A DNA stretch of 64,000 nt from positions 8,575 through 72,574 of the forward strand of contig JAGTRB010000003.1 of NCBI GenBank assembly GCA_018396865.1, written 5' to 3'. A program made the translations under genes and the position numbers. The stretch comes from Candidatus Bathyarchaeota archaeon. Its GTDB lineage: Archaea > Thermoproteota > Bathyarchaeia > TCS64. Below, piece after piece: positions 10,430 to 20,495 of the stretch (position 1 is the stretch's first letter; each line of letters opens with the position of its first letter). The notes under the pieces were generated by a model. It saw nothing but the letters and a program-made list of their open reading frames with translations. It did no database searches and was not told the origin of the DNA.

Positions 10430-11352
10430 TGGTCATCCCTTAGGATGGGGCAAGTCATGCAGTGGGGTCCCCCTCCACCTAGGCTTAGCTGGCTTCCCGG
10501 GATCCTTATCACATCCAGCCCCCTCTCCTCAAGCTCCGCGATTATCCTCTCGTTCCACTCGTATGAGACGCACTTGCCTCCACCTATCCCAACAATGTTC
10601 GTACCGAACTGCCTCACCTCGGCGTCATCAGCATATATGAGCTCCATCCCCCTCTCCCTCAGGTAGTCCTCCACGAATACCAGCTCCACCCCATCCTCGC
10701 CGTAGAGGTAGGCCGGGTACAACTCAAGGGAGGGCTTATGGATCAGGGCGAGGTCGGGGGATAGGATCATCAGACCCCCGTCGAGGTGGACCCTGAATGA
10801 GGGGAGAGGCACGGCCAGGAGTTCTTTAACAGCCTTTCCAAGCAATGTTCTCTTAACCATCTCCAAGCCGACCTCGTTAGTTCTAGTGCCGAAGCCCATC
10901 ATGAGGGTCTTCCGGTCCAGGTATACGAAGTCTCCCCCCTCAACACTGCCCGGGGGCACCACTCTCAGGGCTATCGGGATGCCCAGCCTCTCCATAGCCT
11001 TCCCAACTAGGAGGGGCTCGGGATACCTCGCCTGATAGGCCATCCTCAGAACGAGAGCACCCAGATAGGTGACGCTGCAGACATCCCTGGTATAGACCAG
11101 GTTTGGGAGCCTCCCTGCGATCTCTCTGTCCCTTCCCTCGAGAAGATCTTCGAGGAGGATGACCTCAACCCCCTCCCCCCTGAGTGCCTCCGTGAAGGCG
11201 TCGTGCTCCATCTGGAACTTCCTCCAGTAGACCACATCCCTGAAGAGGTAGGCGTCCCGGTTGCTCGGTGTTATCCTCCTCAGCTCCTCGGTTGGCCTAT
11301 GCATCAAGACCTTCCTGAGCCGGCCATACTCCGTCTGAGCTCCAAACTCCAA
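10426..11352 (-). CDS. Arginine deiminase/amidinotransferase superfamily enzyme
   Basis: EYGRL..V, PNLVYTRD, EGGD, HLD, GGGPHCMT; start set at TTG 11352 behind GGAGG. Confidence 0.85.
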   Translation of the reverse strand: MEFGAQTEYGRLRKVLMHRPTEELRRITPSNRDAYLFRDVVYWRKFQMEHDAFTEALRGEGVEVILLEDLLEGRDREIAGRLPNLVYTRDVCSVTYLGALVLRMAYQARYPEPLLVGKAMERLGIPIALRVVPPGSVEGGDFVYLDRKTLMMGFGTRTNEVGLEMVKRTLLGKAVKELLAVPLPSFRVHLDGGLMILSPDLALIHKPSLELYPAYLYGEDGVELVFVEDYLRERGMELIYADDAEVRQFGTNIVGIGGGKCVSYEWNERIIAELEERGLDVIRIPGSQLSLGGGGPHCMTCPILRDDH

Positions 11353-11609
11353 TCGACTAAACCCTCCACAAGGTCTATACCTTATCGATCCTCTACATAT
11401 AATCCCATCGCTTATGGGTGAGAGCAAGCATTCAGAGGATATGGCAAATCCACAGTCGGAACTGTTCAATGAACTCACATCCTATGGTGTAACCAGCTCA
11501 AATCGCAAGTCCTAGGAAGGCCGCAAAGCCTCGCGACGCAGAACTAAGATATCAAATCGAATTTCCAATAAATTTTTATATCAGTTTATTCTCTATAAAA
11601 ATAGTAGAG

Positions 11610-11991
11610 ATGAGATCTCTATCATTGCTATTGTTGAGTTTTCTCTCTCTTTTATCTGTGAGTATAACTGTAGCCGCACTTGTGGAGCCATATGTGTGGG
11701 TATGAGTATCAAACTATTTCAGGTGAGCTATATTTTGGTCAATCCCATCATTATTATAAGGAACCATATACTATCTCAGTAAGGATAGATGCTGTTGAAC
11801 CATCTGGAGCTAAACTTAGGGTAGCGATTTATGTAAATTATGTGGAGAAATGGTTTGGATACCTTGGGTCTGAAGAAAGTTCTCCGACAATCGTTTGCGA
11901 AGATCAAGAAACAATGGTGGATATATGCAATAACACATAAGGATATATAGAATACATCGGCCTTATAACTTGGGTTATGCATCGACTATAA
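11610..11991 (+). pseudogene. Disrupted secreted-protein gene (frameshift plus possible internal stop)
   Basis: Signal-peptide ORF 11610-11705 shifts frame at a GGG (11698-11700) into ORF 11680-11940; protein-like sequence continues past TAA 11938-11940. Confidence 0.5.
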
Positions 11992-12013
11992 AGATCAAAC
12001 CGAAGGTGATTAA

Positions 12014-12913
12014 ATGTTAGGGTTTCTTACCAAAGAGATTTTAATAGATAGATATAAGTTAGACTTATCCTTTAAAAATCATGTCGATAAATTTGTAATA
12101 AATATTTATAAATCATTTATAAGTCTTTTTTCCTTGTCAAAGATAATAAAGCAAACGGAAGAGCTAAGTGAAAAGAGATATCAAATTGAGAAGGGGCATC
12201 TTCGCGTTAAAAATCTCATCTGTCTAATTCTCTTTATTGGGCTGATTTTGGTCTCTGGTCTCTATATAGACCTATATCAGAGGTATAAAGCGCAACATGA
12301 TAACTTTCTAAAACAGGAAGAGGATCTCAGAATTCTGAAAGATAAATTTGATGATTTAACCCCAATCTTGGGCCTCATAAATATGTCATTGGAGAGGCCT
12401 CCAACCCCCTCCGACAGGAGCGTTGTGCTTGTCTCCGGCTACAGTATTGAGTACTGGGTTCGAAGGGTCGATTCGGACTTCACCAGGAGCGGGTTCACCT
12501 TATTCGCCATATTCTATGCCCCCTACGAAAGCTTAACCCTAAGGATGTATCTCTTCTTCTGGCATAGAGATGGCCTGGAAATACCATTAACCATCCAGAG
12601 GGGAAACGCACTCCGCAATGAGTCAGGCATATTTGTTGAGATGGGAAGCAACATAACCACCTGGCAGTCCCCGGTCATCTGGTCGATAAACGCCAGCAGG
12701 GTCGGGATATATGAGGCAACTCTACCCTCAAGGGGATGGTATACTTTGTCCATATCAGGCCCTATTCAAATACAGAGTCGAGATGATCCCCCGCCCTCGA
12801 CATCCCTTCACATCTCATACATTCCATACTTCGATGATCTTCAGATAAATGTAGATTTCAAACTCTTGAGAAATGGTGAGCCCATCATTTTTGCTATAGC
12901 GAGAAGATGGTGA
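12014..12913 (+). CDS. Hypothetical single-pass membrane protein (TM, short coiled coil, beta-rich domain)
   Basis: TM 'LICLILFIGLILVSGLYI'; true start probably later (TTG 12134). Confidence 0.6.
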   Translation: MLGFLTKEILIDRYKLDLSFKNHVDKFVINIYKSFISLFSLSKIIKQTEELSEKRYQIEKGHLRVKNLICLILFIGLILVSGLYIDLYQRYKAQHDNFLKQEEDLRILKDKFDDLTPILGLINMSLERPPTPSDRSVVLVSGYSIEYWVRRVDSDFTRSGFTLFAIFYAPYESLTLRMYLFFWHRDGLEIPLTIQRGNALRNESGIFVEMGSNITTWQSPVIWSINASRVGIYEATLPSRGWYTLSISGPIQIQSRDDPPPSTSLHISYIPYFDDLQINVDFKLLRNGEPIIFAIARRW

Positions 12914-13089
12914 TAAAAATAGGATTTTTTCAAGGCCTTTAAATTTTAATATTTTCCATATCAGGCTTGTGGGTTTAACCTGCAAGATTGGCCCTTCCTG
13001 ATAGGAGAAACTGGGGGAGATTCAATCCGGCTTTAGGCTTCGGATATAGCTTTATACCCTTCATCAGCCGAAATTCAATGTGATCAGGT

Positions 13090-14868
13090 ATGCTCTACTC
13101 CACCCTTGTGGAGGCCTATCAGAGGCTTGAGGCAACCACCAAGAGGCTTGAGATGACTGACATCTTAGCGGACATGCTCAGGAGGGCAGACCTAGATGAG
13201 ATAGATAAGGTCATATACCTGACCCAGGGGAAGATCCACCCTGACTGGACTGGGGAGCCTGAGATAGGAATAGCTGAGAAGATGGCCATCGAGACCATAG
13301 CAAGAGCCTCAGGACTGGATAGAGAAGAGGTGGAGAGGCTCATGGCCGAGACCGGGGATATAGGCCTCGCCGCTGAGAGGGCTATGGAGAGGAGACGCCT
13401 GGGAAGGCTGGGGGGAGGCCAGCTCACGGTGTCGGAGGTTTACAACACCTTCGACCAGATCGCGAAGGAGTCTGGGAAGGGGAGCAGCGAGAGGAAGATC
13501 GATAAGCTCATAGGATTATTCTCCGAGGCCTCCCCCCTGGAGGTTCGATACATAACTAGGACTGTTGTTGGAACCCTCCGCCTGGGGGTCGGGGATATGA
13601 CTATACTCGACGCATTGGCCATCGCGTATACAGACTCCGCAGAGAATAGGGATATTCTCGAGAGGGCATACAACCTCACCAGCGACCTAGGATATGTCGC
13701 CAAGACCCTGGCCCGGGAGGGGCTGGAGGCCTTGGAGAGGGCCAAGCCGGTTCTCGGAAAGCCTATTAGGATGATGCTGGCCCAGCGCCTCTCCACGCCT
13801 CAGGAGATACTGGATAAGCTTGGGGGAGGGGGCTCGGCTGAGTACAAGCTGGATGGGGAGCGCTTCCAGATACACAAGATGGGAGATGAGATCCAGATAT
13901 TCTCAAGGAGATTGGAGAACATCACCTCCATGTATCCAGACGCGGTTGAGATGGCCAAGAGATACATAAGGGCTAAGGAGGCTATCATCGAGGGGGAGGC
14001 TGTGGCCATCGACCCTGAGACAGAGGAGATGAGGCCCTTCCAGGTCTTGATGCAGCGGCGGAGGAAGTACAGGATAGAGGAGATGATGGAGAAGTTCCCA
14101 GTCGCCCTATTCCTCTTCGAGTGCCTATACGTTGACGGCGAAGACTTGACCCTCAAGCCTTACAAGGAGCGCCGCAGGAGGCTCAAGGAGATTGTAGAGG
14201 AGAGCAGTAGGTTCAGACTGGTGAGGTCCATAGAGACATCTGATGCATCGGAGCTTGAGAGGTTCTTCGAGGAGGCCATTTCGGATGGCTGTGAGGGACT
14301 AATAGTCAAGTCCACGAGCGAGGACTCCCTCTATAGGGCAGGGGCGAGGTCTTGGATGTGGGTCAAGTTGAAGAGGAGCTACCAGAGCAGGATGGTGGAG
14401 CCTGTCGATCTAGTGGTCGTGGGGGCCTTCCACGGGCGTGGCAAGAGGGCCGGCAGCTATGGAGCCCTCCTCGCCGCGGTATACGACCAAGAGGAGGATA
14501 TGTTCAGGACTGTCTGTAAGGTTGGCAGCGGCTTCACGGATGAGGACCTTGAGAGGTTGCCGAAGGTTATGGAGGAGTACAAGCGCGCGGAGAAGCATCC
14601 AAGGGTCGACTCCATCATAGAGGCTGATATCTGGTTCACCCCCAGCCAGGTCATAGAGGTTATTGGGGACGAGATCACCCTAAGCCCAGTCCACACCGCC
14701 GCCTTCAACGCGATAAGGGTCAACTCTGGACTGGCTATAAGGTTCCCCAGGTTCACGGGGAGATGGAGGTCTGATAAAGCCCCTGAGGATGCGACCACCG
14801 TGGGGGAGGTCGTCGATATGTATAAATCCCAGCTCAAGACCATAGCTGGAGAGGCTGAGGAGAGGTAG
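13090..14868 (+). CDS. lig: ATP-dependent DNA ligase
   Basis: EYKLDGER adenylation motif, EGLIVK, WVKLK, RFPRF. Confidence 0.97.
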   Translation: MLYSTLVEAYQRLEATTKRLEMTDILADMLRRADLDEIDKVIYLTQGKIHPDWTGEPEIGIAEKMAIETIARASGLDREEVERLMAETGDIGLAAERAMERRRLGRLGGGQLTVSEVYNTFDQIAKESGKGSSERKIDKLIGLFSEASPLEVRYITRTVVGTLRLGVGDMTILDALAIAYTDSAENRDILERAYNLTSDLGYVAKTLAREGLEALERAKPVLGKPIRMMLAQRLSTPQEILDKLGGGGSAEYKLDGERFQIHKMGDEIQIFSRRLENITSMYPDAVEMAKRYIRAKEAIIEGEAVAIDPETEEMRPFQVLMQRRRKYRIEEMMEKFPVALFLFECLYVDGEDLTLKPYKERRRRLKEIVEESSRFRLVRSIETSDASELERFFEEAISDGCEGLIVKSTSEDSLYRAGARSWMWVKLKRSYQSRMVEPVDLVVVGAFHGRGKRAGSYGALLAAVYDQEEDMFRTVCKVGSGFTDEDLERLPKVMEEYKRAEKHPRVDSIIEADIWFTPSQVIEVIGDEITLSPVHTAAFNAIRVNSGLAIRFPRFTGRWRSDKAPEDATTVGEVVDMYKSQLKTIAGEAEER

Positions 14869-14878
14869 AAGAGGAAGA

Positions 14879-15208
14879 TTGGTCGAGGAGATATCTCTAA
14901 AGGATTTCAAGAAGCTAGATCTAAGAGTGGGAACGGTAGCTGAGGTTGAGAGGATTCCGGGATCAGATAAGCTCTACAAGCTCAAGGTCGACATGGGAGA
15001 TGATATGAGGCAGATAGTCACAGGGCTTGTGGGATATTATACAGAGGAGGAGCTCAAGGGAAAGGTAATAATAGTTTTGACCAACCTCAAGCCAGCGAAG
15101 ATCTTCGGCGTATCCTCCAACGGGATGCTACTGGCAGCAGAGTTTAACGGTCAGCTGGCTCTCCTGACCACCGATAGAAGTATACCTAATGGAGCCAAGG
15201 TAACTTAA
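14879..15208 (+). CDS. tRNA-binding OB-fold protein (MetRS C-terminal/Trbp111/CsaA-like)
   Basis: DLRVG, KLYKLKVD, NLKPAKIFGVSSNGMLLA. Confidence 0.88.
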   Translation: MVEEISLKDFKKLDLRVGTVAEVERIPGSDKLYKLKVDMGDDMRQIVTGLVGYYTEEELKGKVIIVLTNLKPAKIFGVSSNGMLLAAEFNGQLALLTTDRSIPNGAKVT

Positions 15209-15315
15209 CAATTTTTCACTTATATTTACAATAGAAAATTTGGAAATTATTGCTAACCATTATTATATAATAGCATTAAATATAGGAAATGAAAAAAGGG
15301 AGGGAACTGGATCTA

Positions 15316-15630
15316 TTAAGGGGGAGTTATCTTTATAGCCTGCACTGGACAGCTGTTCTCGCAAGCCCTACACTGGATGCAGTCAGATTCTCTTACGGGA
15401 TCAGACTTCTTATCGGAGGTGGGATGGCCTGGGGTCTCAGCCCACTCGTAGACGCTCATGGGGCAGACACTTATGCAGATGCCATGCCCCTCACAGATGT
15501 CCCAGTCGACGGCCACATTCGTGCCATGTATCCCAAGCTTCTTAGGAGGATCAACAGGTCCCCAAACACTGTGCCCCTGATGCTCTCCCACAACCTTTCT
15601 ATTCCTCTGGAAATCCTGATCTATAGGCAA
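15316..15630 (-). CDS. Zinc-containing dicluster ferredoxin (Sulfolobus type)
   Basis: N-terminal HxxH...H extension; CxxHxxCxxxCP and CxxCxxCxxxCP. Confidence 0.9.
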   Translation of the reverse strand: MPIDQDFQRNRKVVGEHQGHSVWGPVDPPKKLGIHGTNVAVDWDICEGHGICISVCPMSVYEWAETPGHPTSDKKSDPVRESDCIQCRACENSCPVQAIKITPP

Positions 15631-15759
15631 TTTTATCCCCCAGAGATATCCAAGAAAACTTTATAAACTTTTATCATTCGAAGCTTCTGAAGAATTCCTA
15701 GAAATTTCGAGTCATTAAACCTCAATCTGGAGTTATCCTCTGTGGAAGGCCCACCGGGG

Positions 15760-16290
15760 TTAGTATCTCTCTAGGTGGAGAACCTCTGAAACGGCTCTCC
15801 TCGGAGGGGCTGAGGGTGTCTCCGCTGGATATCCGATTGGGATGATCGATATCGGTCTGACGCCCTCTGGGGCCCCTACCGCCTTCGCGGCCCTCTCCTC
15901 GTCGAAGGCTCCAACCCAACATCCTCCGAGGCCGTTAGCCGTGGCCGTTAGGAGCAGATTCTCTATCGCGGCCGCGGTGTCTTGGATACAGTATAGGTCG
16001 GACCCTCTCTTTCCATACCTCCAGGAGGATCTCCCCGGCACTGCACATACAAGAAATACTAAGGGCGCCTCGGCTATGAAGGATTGGCCGTAGGCTGCAT
16101 CAGCCAGCCTCCTCTTTGTCTCCGGGTTCCTTACTGCAATGAACTCCCATGGCTGGAGGTTTCCAGCGCTTGGTGCCATGCATGCTGCCTTTACCAATAC
16201 CTCGATCGCCTCCTGTGGGAGTTCTCTCTTGGAGAAGGCTCGGATGCTCCTCCTATTTCTTATGATCTCAGGGATCTCCATGCCTCTCAA
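15760..16290 (-). CDS. Nitroreductase family protein
   Basis: RRSIR, APSAGNLQPWEF, GLGGCWVG. Confidence 0.92.
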   Translation of the reverse strand: MRGMEIPEIIRNRRSIRAFSKRELPQEAIEVLVKAACMAPSAGNLQPWEFIAVRNPETKRRLADAAYGQSFIAEAPLVFLVCAVPGRSSWRYGKRGSDLYCIQDTAAAIENLLLTATANGLGGCWVGAFDEERAAKAVGAPEGVRPISIIPIGYPAETPSAPPRRAVSEVLHLERY

Positions 16291-16318
16291 AACAATCTCT
16301 TATATGGGTGTTAATCAA

Positions 16319-17458
16319 TTATTTGCTCCGGTGCCTCTCAAACCCTATATTTGAATATCTCATGGGTCTTCCTCTCTTAATGATGATAATAACAGTCAGG
16401 GCTATTATCCCCATAGAGACGATTATGATTATGGGAGCTAGGGGGGCTTCCGGGGAATTTTGGTCCATCTCTGAGGCGGTATCATAGCTCTTTATGTAGA
16501 GGCTTCCAGCCATCACGGCCTCCCTCATCTTTCTCGCCTCGCCTACATAGTCATATCTCGAGACATTTAGAGCTGTGACGATGAAGGGGCCATATTCCGG
16601 GGCCTCCAACAGAAGGGTTAGGGGTTCCTTCGCCCTTGTGAGGGTTAGGTCGATGGGGAGCCATCCCCACGGTGGTATGTATACTAGGGCCCAGCCGTGC
16701 CATCCAACCCCCCTCTGAGAGGTGCTCAGATGCCCTCCCCATGAAACCTTATCTCCGGTTATCCCCTCATTGAAGACCATCCCCAGTTGTAGTAGAGCCG
16801 GCACGCCTAATATACGGCACATGGTCACGAGGAGTATTGCCTGGTCATCGCAGTCCCCCCTCCCATAGGCTATCGTCTCGTTCGGGTACCGAGGGGTCTC
16901 GAAGCTTCCATAGGATATGGTTTCAAGCATCCAACTCAGGAGGCTTAGAACCATCCCCAAGACGGTCGATTGGTTTGCAGCCAGCCTCAGGGCCAGGGCG
17001 CGGATCCCCTCATCCCCTGTCGTGAAGGTTCCCGTCTCTATGGTGTACTCGTCAACGAGTTCCTTCGGGATCTCCGAGATCGAGCCAGCCCTCTCTGGAT
17101 CTATCCATGGTCTAGGCATCTCAGAGGTCTCGATCAAGTAGGTCACGGAGAAGTTGACGCTAGAATTTGGAGCAATAGTTAGGGGTATATCGAGAACTGC
17201 CAACTTGTTCCCATCATCGTCAAAGTAATCTTTGACTATCGAGTTTGTCAGGTTTATAATCCTGATGTTCTGCTTGCTATCGTTGTGGAAGAGGAGGATG
17301 GTTATGTCATCCACCGTCAACATGTAAGGCTCCTCCCCCCTATTCTCGAAGATGTACGTTGATGTGTATAGTCTCCTGTACGTCCGTCCCTCATAGGCCC
17401 CTCTAATCGGCGGTGTTGAGATCAGGAGGATTATAAGGAGGAGCTCCTTCAAGCTCAA
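16319..17458 (-). CDS. Membrane-anchored transglutaminase-like protein
   Basis: Signal peptide; GDCDD, HGW, WLPID catalytic triad; C-terminal TM with basic tail. Confidence 0.8.
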   Translation of the reverse strand: MSLKELLLIILLISTPPIRGAYEGRTYRRLYTSTYIFENRGEEPYMLTVDDITILLFHNDSKQNIRIINLTNSIVKDYFDDDGNKLAVLDIPLTIAPNSSVNFSVTYLIETSEMPRPWIDPERAGSISEIPKELVDEYTIETGTFTTGDEGIRALALRLAANQSTVLGMVLSLLSWMLETISYGSFETPRYPNETIAYGRGDCDDQAILLVTMCRILGVPALLQLGMVFNEGITGDKVSWGGHLSTSQRGVGWHGWALVYIPPWGWLPIDLTLTRAKEPLTLLLEAPEYGPFIVTALNVSRYDYVGEARKMREAVMAGSLYIKSYDTASEMDQNSPEAPLAPIIIIVSMGIIALTVIIIIKRGRPMRYSNIGFERHRSK

Positions 17459-17507
17459 TGCATGAGATCCTTGAGCGCTCGCCCCTTATCTGGATTATCG
17501 GAGTTGG

Positions 17508-18863
17508 CTATTCTACATGAACCCTGAGGAGGTCTATGTCCTCCCTGAGGTATGGAAGGAACTCCCTCACAGCCCTCTCAACATCCCTCGACTGGGTTAT
17601 ATAACGGCCTACTATCAGGATATCAGCTCCGGCATCCAAGGCCATCCTAGCCGTTGACGGCAGTATCCCCCCAGCAACCGCTATAAGGAGCCTCTTTTCC
17701 CTAAAGCTCTCCCTGATCTCCTTGATATAGCTCCACCTGGGCTCTGCGCCCCTCTGCTCGGCGTCTATGGAGCGGTGGAGAACCACACCGTCCGGAGGCC
17801 TCTCAAGGGCCTTGAGCCTTGAGACAGGGTCCGAGACCTCCATCATGTCTATAAAGGAGTAGATGCTCAGCCTGCGGGCCTCATATATGAAATCGTTAAG
17901 GGTTTCTGTGGAGGCTGCCCCTAGGGCGCAGACGGCGTCGGCCGTCTCGTTGAATGCTATGTCAACCTCAACCTTCCCAACATCCATGGTCTTCAGATCC
18001 GCTACGAAGAAGCTGTCTCCGACAATCCTCCTCAGCTCCTTTATCACCCCAACCCCATACCGCTTTATGAGGGGGGTTCCCACCTCGAATATTATGCTGT
18101 CGCTCTTAGGCACGGAGGCGAGAACCCTCTTCACAGCTTCAAGCTCCGGTATATCTAAGGCTATCTGGAGGTAGGGTGGACGCCAGAGCCTTGGAGCCCT
18201 GAACCTCACGAGGGGGTGGCGGGCCCTATCCTTCTCATACATCAACCTCTCCACCGACGGATAACCCTGGAGGGCTCGTGTTAGGGCCAGCTTAGTTGCG
18301 CTGTAGTTGTACTGGTAGATCTTCCTCTCATCCTCCGCTTTGGGGTGGATGAAGACACTTGCTATCACCACCCACTCCTCCGCAGCCTCCTCCGGGAGGA
18401 TCCCCTCTTCAAGGGCGTCCGCAACGGCCTTGGCGACTGCCATCTGGGCGGGGCCGAAGATCTTCCCCGCGTCCTCCATCCCCTTGACTGTAACCTTTGG
18501 GACTATTACGGTGAAGGGCTTTGCGGGAAGGTTGGGTCTGATGACGGAGAGGAGGGGGGTATGCCCAGCCGATAGGTTACTGAGAGACTGGGCGAAGGCT
18601 AGGCCCACAGGCCCCCACTTATCCCCGATAAGGAGATCCACATGGGCCACCTCATTTCCCTCTCCGACGAGGGCCTCTCCTATGAGGTAGACCCCCTTAG
18701 TGGATGAGGCCCTCTCCCTGAATTGGTCTATGGCTGCCCTCATAGCCTCGCTGACTGAGCTATATCTACCACCAGCCACAAGCTCCTCAAGGAACCTATA
18801 CTGCTCTTGGGTGATCCTCCCAGGAGCCCTTACAAGCCCCTTCTCCTCATCCATGCTAGACAT
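17508..18863 (-). CDS. fae-hps: Bifunctional formaldehyde-activating enzyme / 3-hexulose-6-phosphate synthase with N-terminal ribbon-helix-helix domain
   Basis: [17 protein letters not shown] and FGPAQ (Fae); LQIALD, EVGTPL, DLKTMD, VAGGI (Hps); N-terminal '[21 protein letters not shown]' RHH. Confidence 0.9.
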   Translation of the reverse strand: MSSMDEEKGLVRAPGRITQEQYRFLEELVAGGRYSSVSEAMRAAIDQFRERASSTKGVYLIGEALVGEGNEVAHVDLLIGDKWGPVGLAFAQSLSNLSAGHTPLLSVIRPNLPAKPFTVIVPKVTVKGMEDAGKIFGPAQMAVAKAVADALEEGILPEEAAEEWVVIASVFIHPKAEDERKIYQYNYSATKLALTRALQGYPSVERLMYEKDRARHPLVRFRAPRLWRPPYLQIALDIPELEAVKRVLASVPKSDSIIFEVGTPLIKRYGVGVIKELRRIVGDSFFVADLKTMDVGKVEVDIAFNETADAVCALGAASTETLNDFIYEARRLSIYSFIDMMEVSDPVSRLKALERPPDGVVLHRSIDAEQRGAEPRWSYIKEIRESFREKRLLIAVAGGILPSTARMALDAGADILIVGRYITQSRDVERAVREFLPYLREDIDLLRVHVE

Positions 18864-19108
18864 GCTTCCGAAGATCCATCCAACTATATAACCCTTATCA
18901 TCGTACGTGTCCTTTCAGTGTCACAAATGGGAACGCTAAAAAATTAAAGGCCTTGAATTTGGTCTCTAGTGTCACAAGCTAACTCTCTAGAGCTGGAAGG
19001 GCTAACTACCCCTCTAGGCGGGGTGGTATCTTGATATCATCACTGCTGATGGGGCATGAACTCATTTAAAATAAATCCTAGCACGAGTTAAAGAGATAAC
19101 AAATCGGA

Positions 19109-19573
19109 ATGTTCAAGAGAGAGGTCGATAAGCGGTTCGTCGACTATGTGGAATCGGCCATAATAGAGCTGACAAGGATCCACGATGTGCCCAAGCCCCC
19201 TCTCAAGGTATCCCTCTTCGGAAGCCTATATCTTCCGCTCCGAATATTTGGGACGCGGAGGATAATCATAAGCTCACGTTATCTCGACTACTGGGAGGTT
19301 GACGAGGATACGACGAAGATTTGCCTGAAATATACCATAGCCCACGAGTTCTGCCACTACCTCCAGGATCTAAGGGGAAGGATGCCCGTATTAAGGATAC
19401 CCCCGACGCGACCACCTCTAGGATACCACTTCCTCGAATACCTAAACCTGCTCACCTATGATCTAGAGAATGAGGCCAGGATCTTCGCTGAGGATTTTTC
19501 AGGTCTGAAAACTAGAGATTATGAGGAGCTTCTCAGAGGCTTGAGAAGGAAGAGGAGAAGCTCTCAAAATTGA
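19109..19573 (+). CDS. Hypothetical protein with zincin HExxH motif
   Basis: TIAHEFCHYLQ and downstream E..A..FA. Confidence 0.6.
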   Translation: MFKREVDKRFVDYVESAIIELTRIHDVPKPPLKVSLFGSLYLPLRIFGTRRIIISSRYLDYWEVDEDTTKICLKYTIAHEFCHYLQDLRGRMPVLRIPPTRPPLGYHFLEYLNLLTYDLENEARIFAEDFSGLKTRDYEELLRGLRRKRRSSQN

Positions 19574-19634
19574 TGGGGATTTAGATGGTTGGAAGGATCC
19601 TAAATCAGGTCATGGCTTTATCAAGCTTCATCCC

Positions 19635-20060
19635 TCAGGCCTCAACCATTAACCTAAGGGTAATCAACTGATCCTCCCTCTGGAGAAGCCTCAAAGGGGG
19701 CTCTGGGATATCGCATGCTGCCTTATCAGCCCTGATCATCAAGGTTCTTTCACAAATATAGCCACTTTTACGTACCACCATATCGGTCGGATGGCTTAAG
19801 GGGAGCCTTGGATCCCCAAAGCCCGATACCTTGAATGTGAAACCATCCACCTCCAATAGGAGATGTAGCCTAGCCCCATTCCTCCTTATCGCCTCCTTCA
19901 ACCCTGAGTTTAGATCCCTTAATCCCTTTTCAGCTGAGACAGCCACTATGCAATCTCCACGCACAGTCACGTTCTCCTCCTTAGTTATCATCAAGGTGGT
20001 TCTATGGCGGGCCCTTATATTCGGGTGCCCACGGGCTCTGAAAACCTCCACCAGACCCAT
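19635..20060 (-). CDS. DUF371 family protein
   Basis: ARGHPNIRARHRTTL, GDCI, VVRKS, ADKAA motifs. Confidence 0.85.
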   Translation of the reverse strand: MGLVEVFRARGHPNIRARHRTTLMITKEENVTVRGDCIVAVSAEKGLRDLNSGLKEAIRRNGARLHLLLEVDGFTFKVSGFGDPRLPLSHPTDMVVRKSGYICERTLMIRADKAACDIPEPPLRLLQREDQLITLRLMVEA

Positions 20061-20127
20061 AGATTACCGTTCCAAGCTTTATTAGCAGAAAGGAAAATTT
20101 TTACGCTACCATCTCACTCCTTCTCTA

Positions 20128-20203
20128 GGGCTGGTAGATCAGTGGTATGATCGCCGCCTTGGCAGGGCGGAAGTCGCGGGTTCAAATCCCGCCCAGTCCA
20201 CCA
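20128..20203 (+). tRNA. tRNA-Ala(GGC), CCA encoded
   Basis: Cloverleaf; acceptor GGGCTGG/CCAGTCC with G3:U70; anticodon arm CCGCC-TTGGCAG-GGCGG; T-loop TTCAAAT. Confidence 0.97.
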
Positions 20204-20264
20204 CCCTTCGGTCCTAGTTTCGAGAACAACCCTTTTTAAGATTCTAAAATCTGATGGAGGCAGC

Positions 20265-20291
20265 CTCTAAAGTATCGCAAATACTTTAGAG
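20265..20291. repeat. Perfect 11-bp inverted repeat with 5-nt spacer
   Basis: CTCTAAAGTAT-CGCAA-ATACTTTAGAG. Confidence 0.9.
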
Positions 20292-20495
20292 AGATTAAGG
20301 CCAAAAAACGGGATTTTTCCATGACTTCGTTCTATGGTGAGGCTTACCCGCTTTCACTAACATATATTAATGCTCATAACGGCCAATCATCAGGGGCGGG
20401 ATATATACCGTCACTATCTCTCAAGTCCAATCTTAGAAGTCGATCCTACTTTTCTGCTTATACGTTTTAAGCGACCTTCATAAGATTAGATAATA

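Noticed and set aside
15289..15666. 125-aa plus-strand ORF
   Set aside because: Antisense to the clearly genuine ferredoxin
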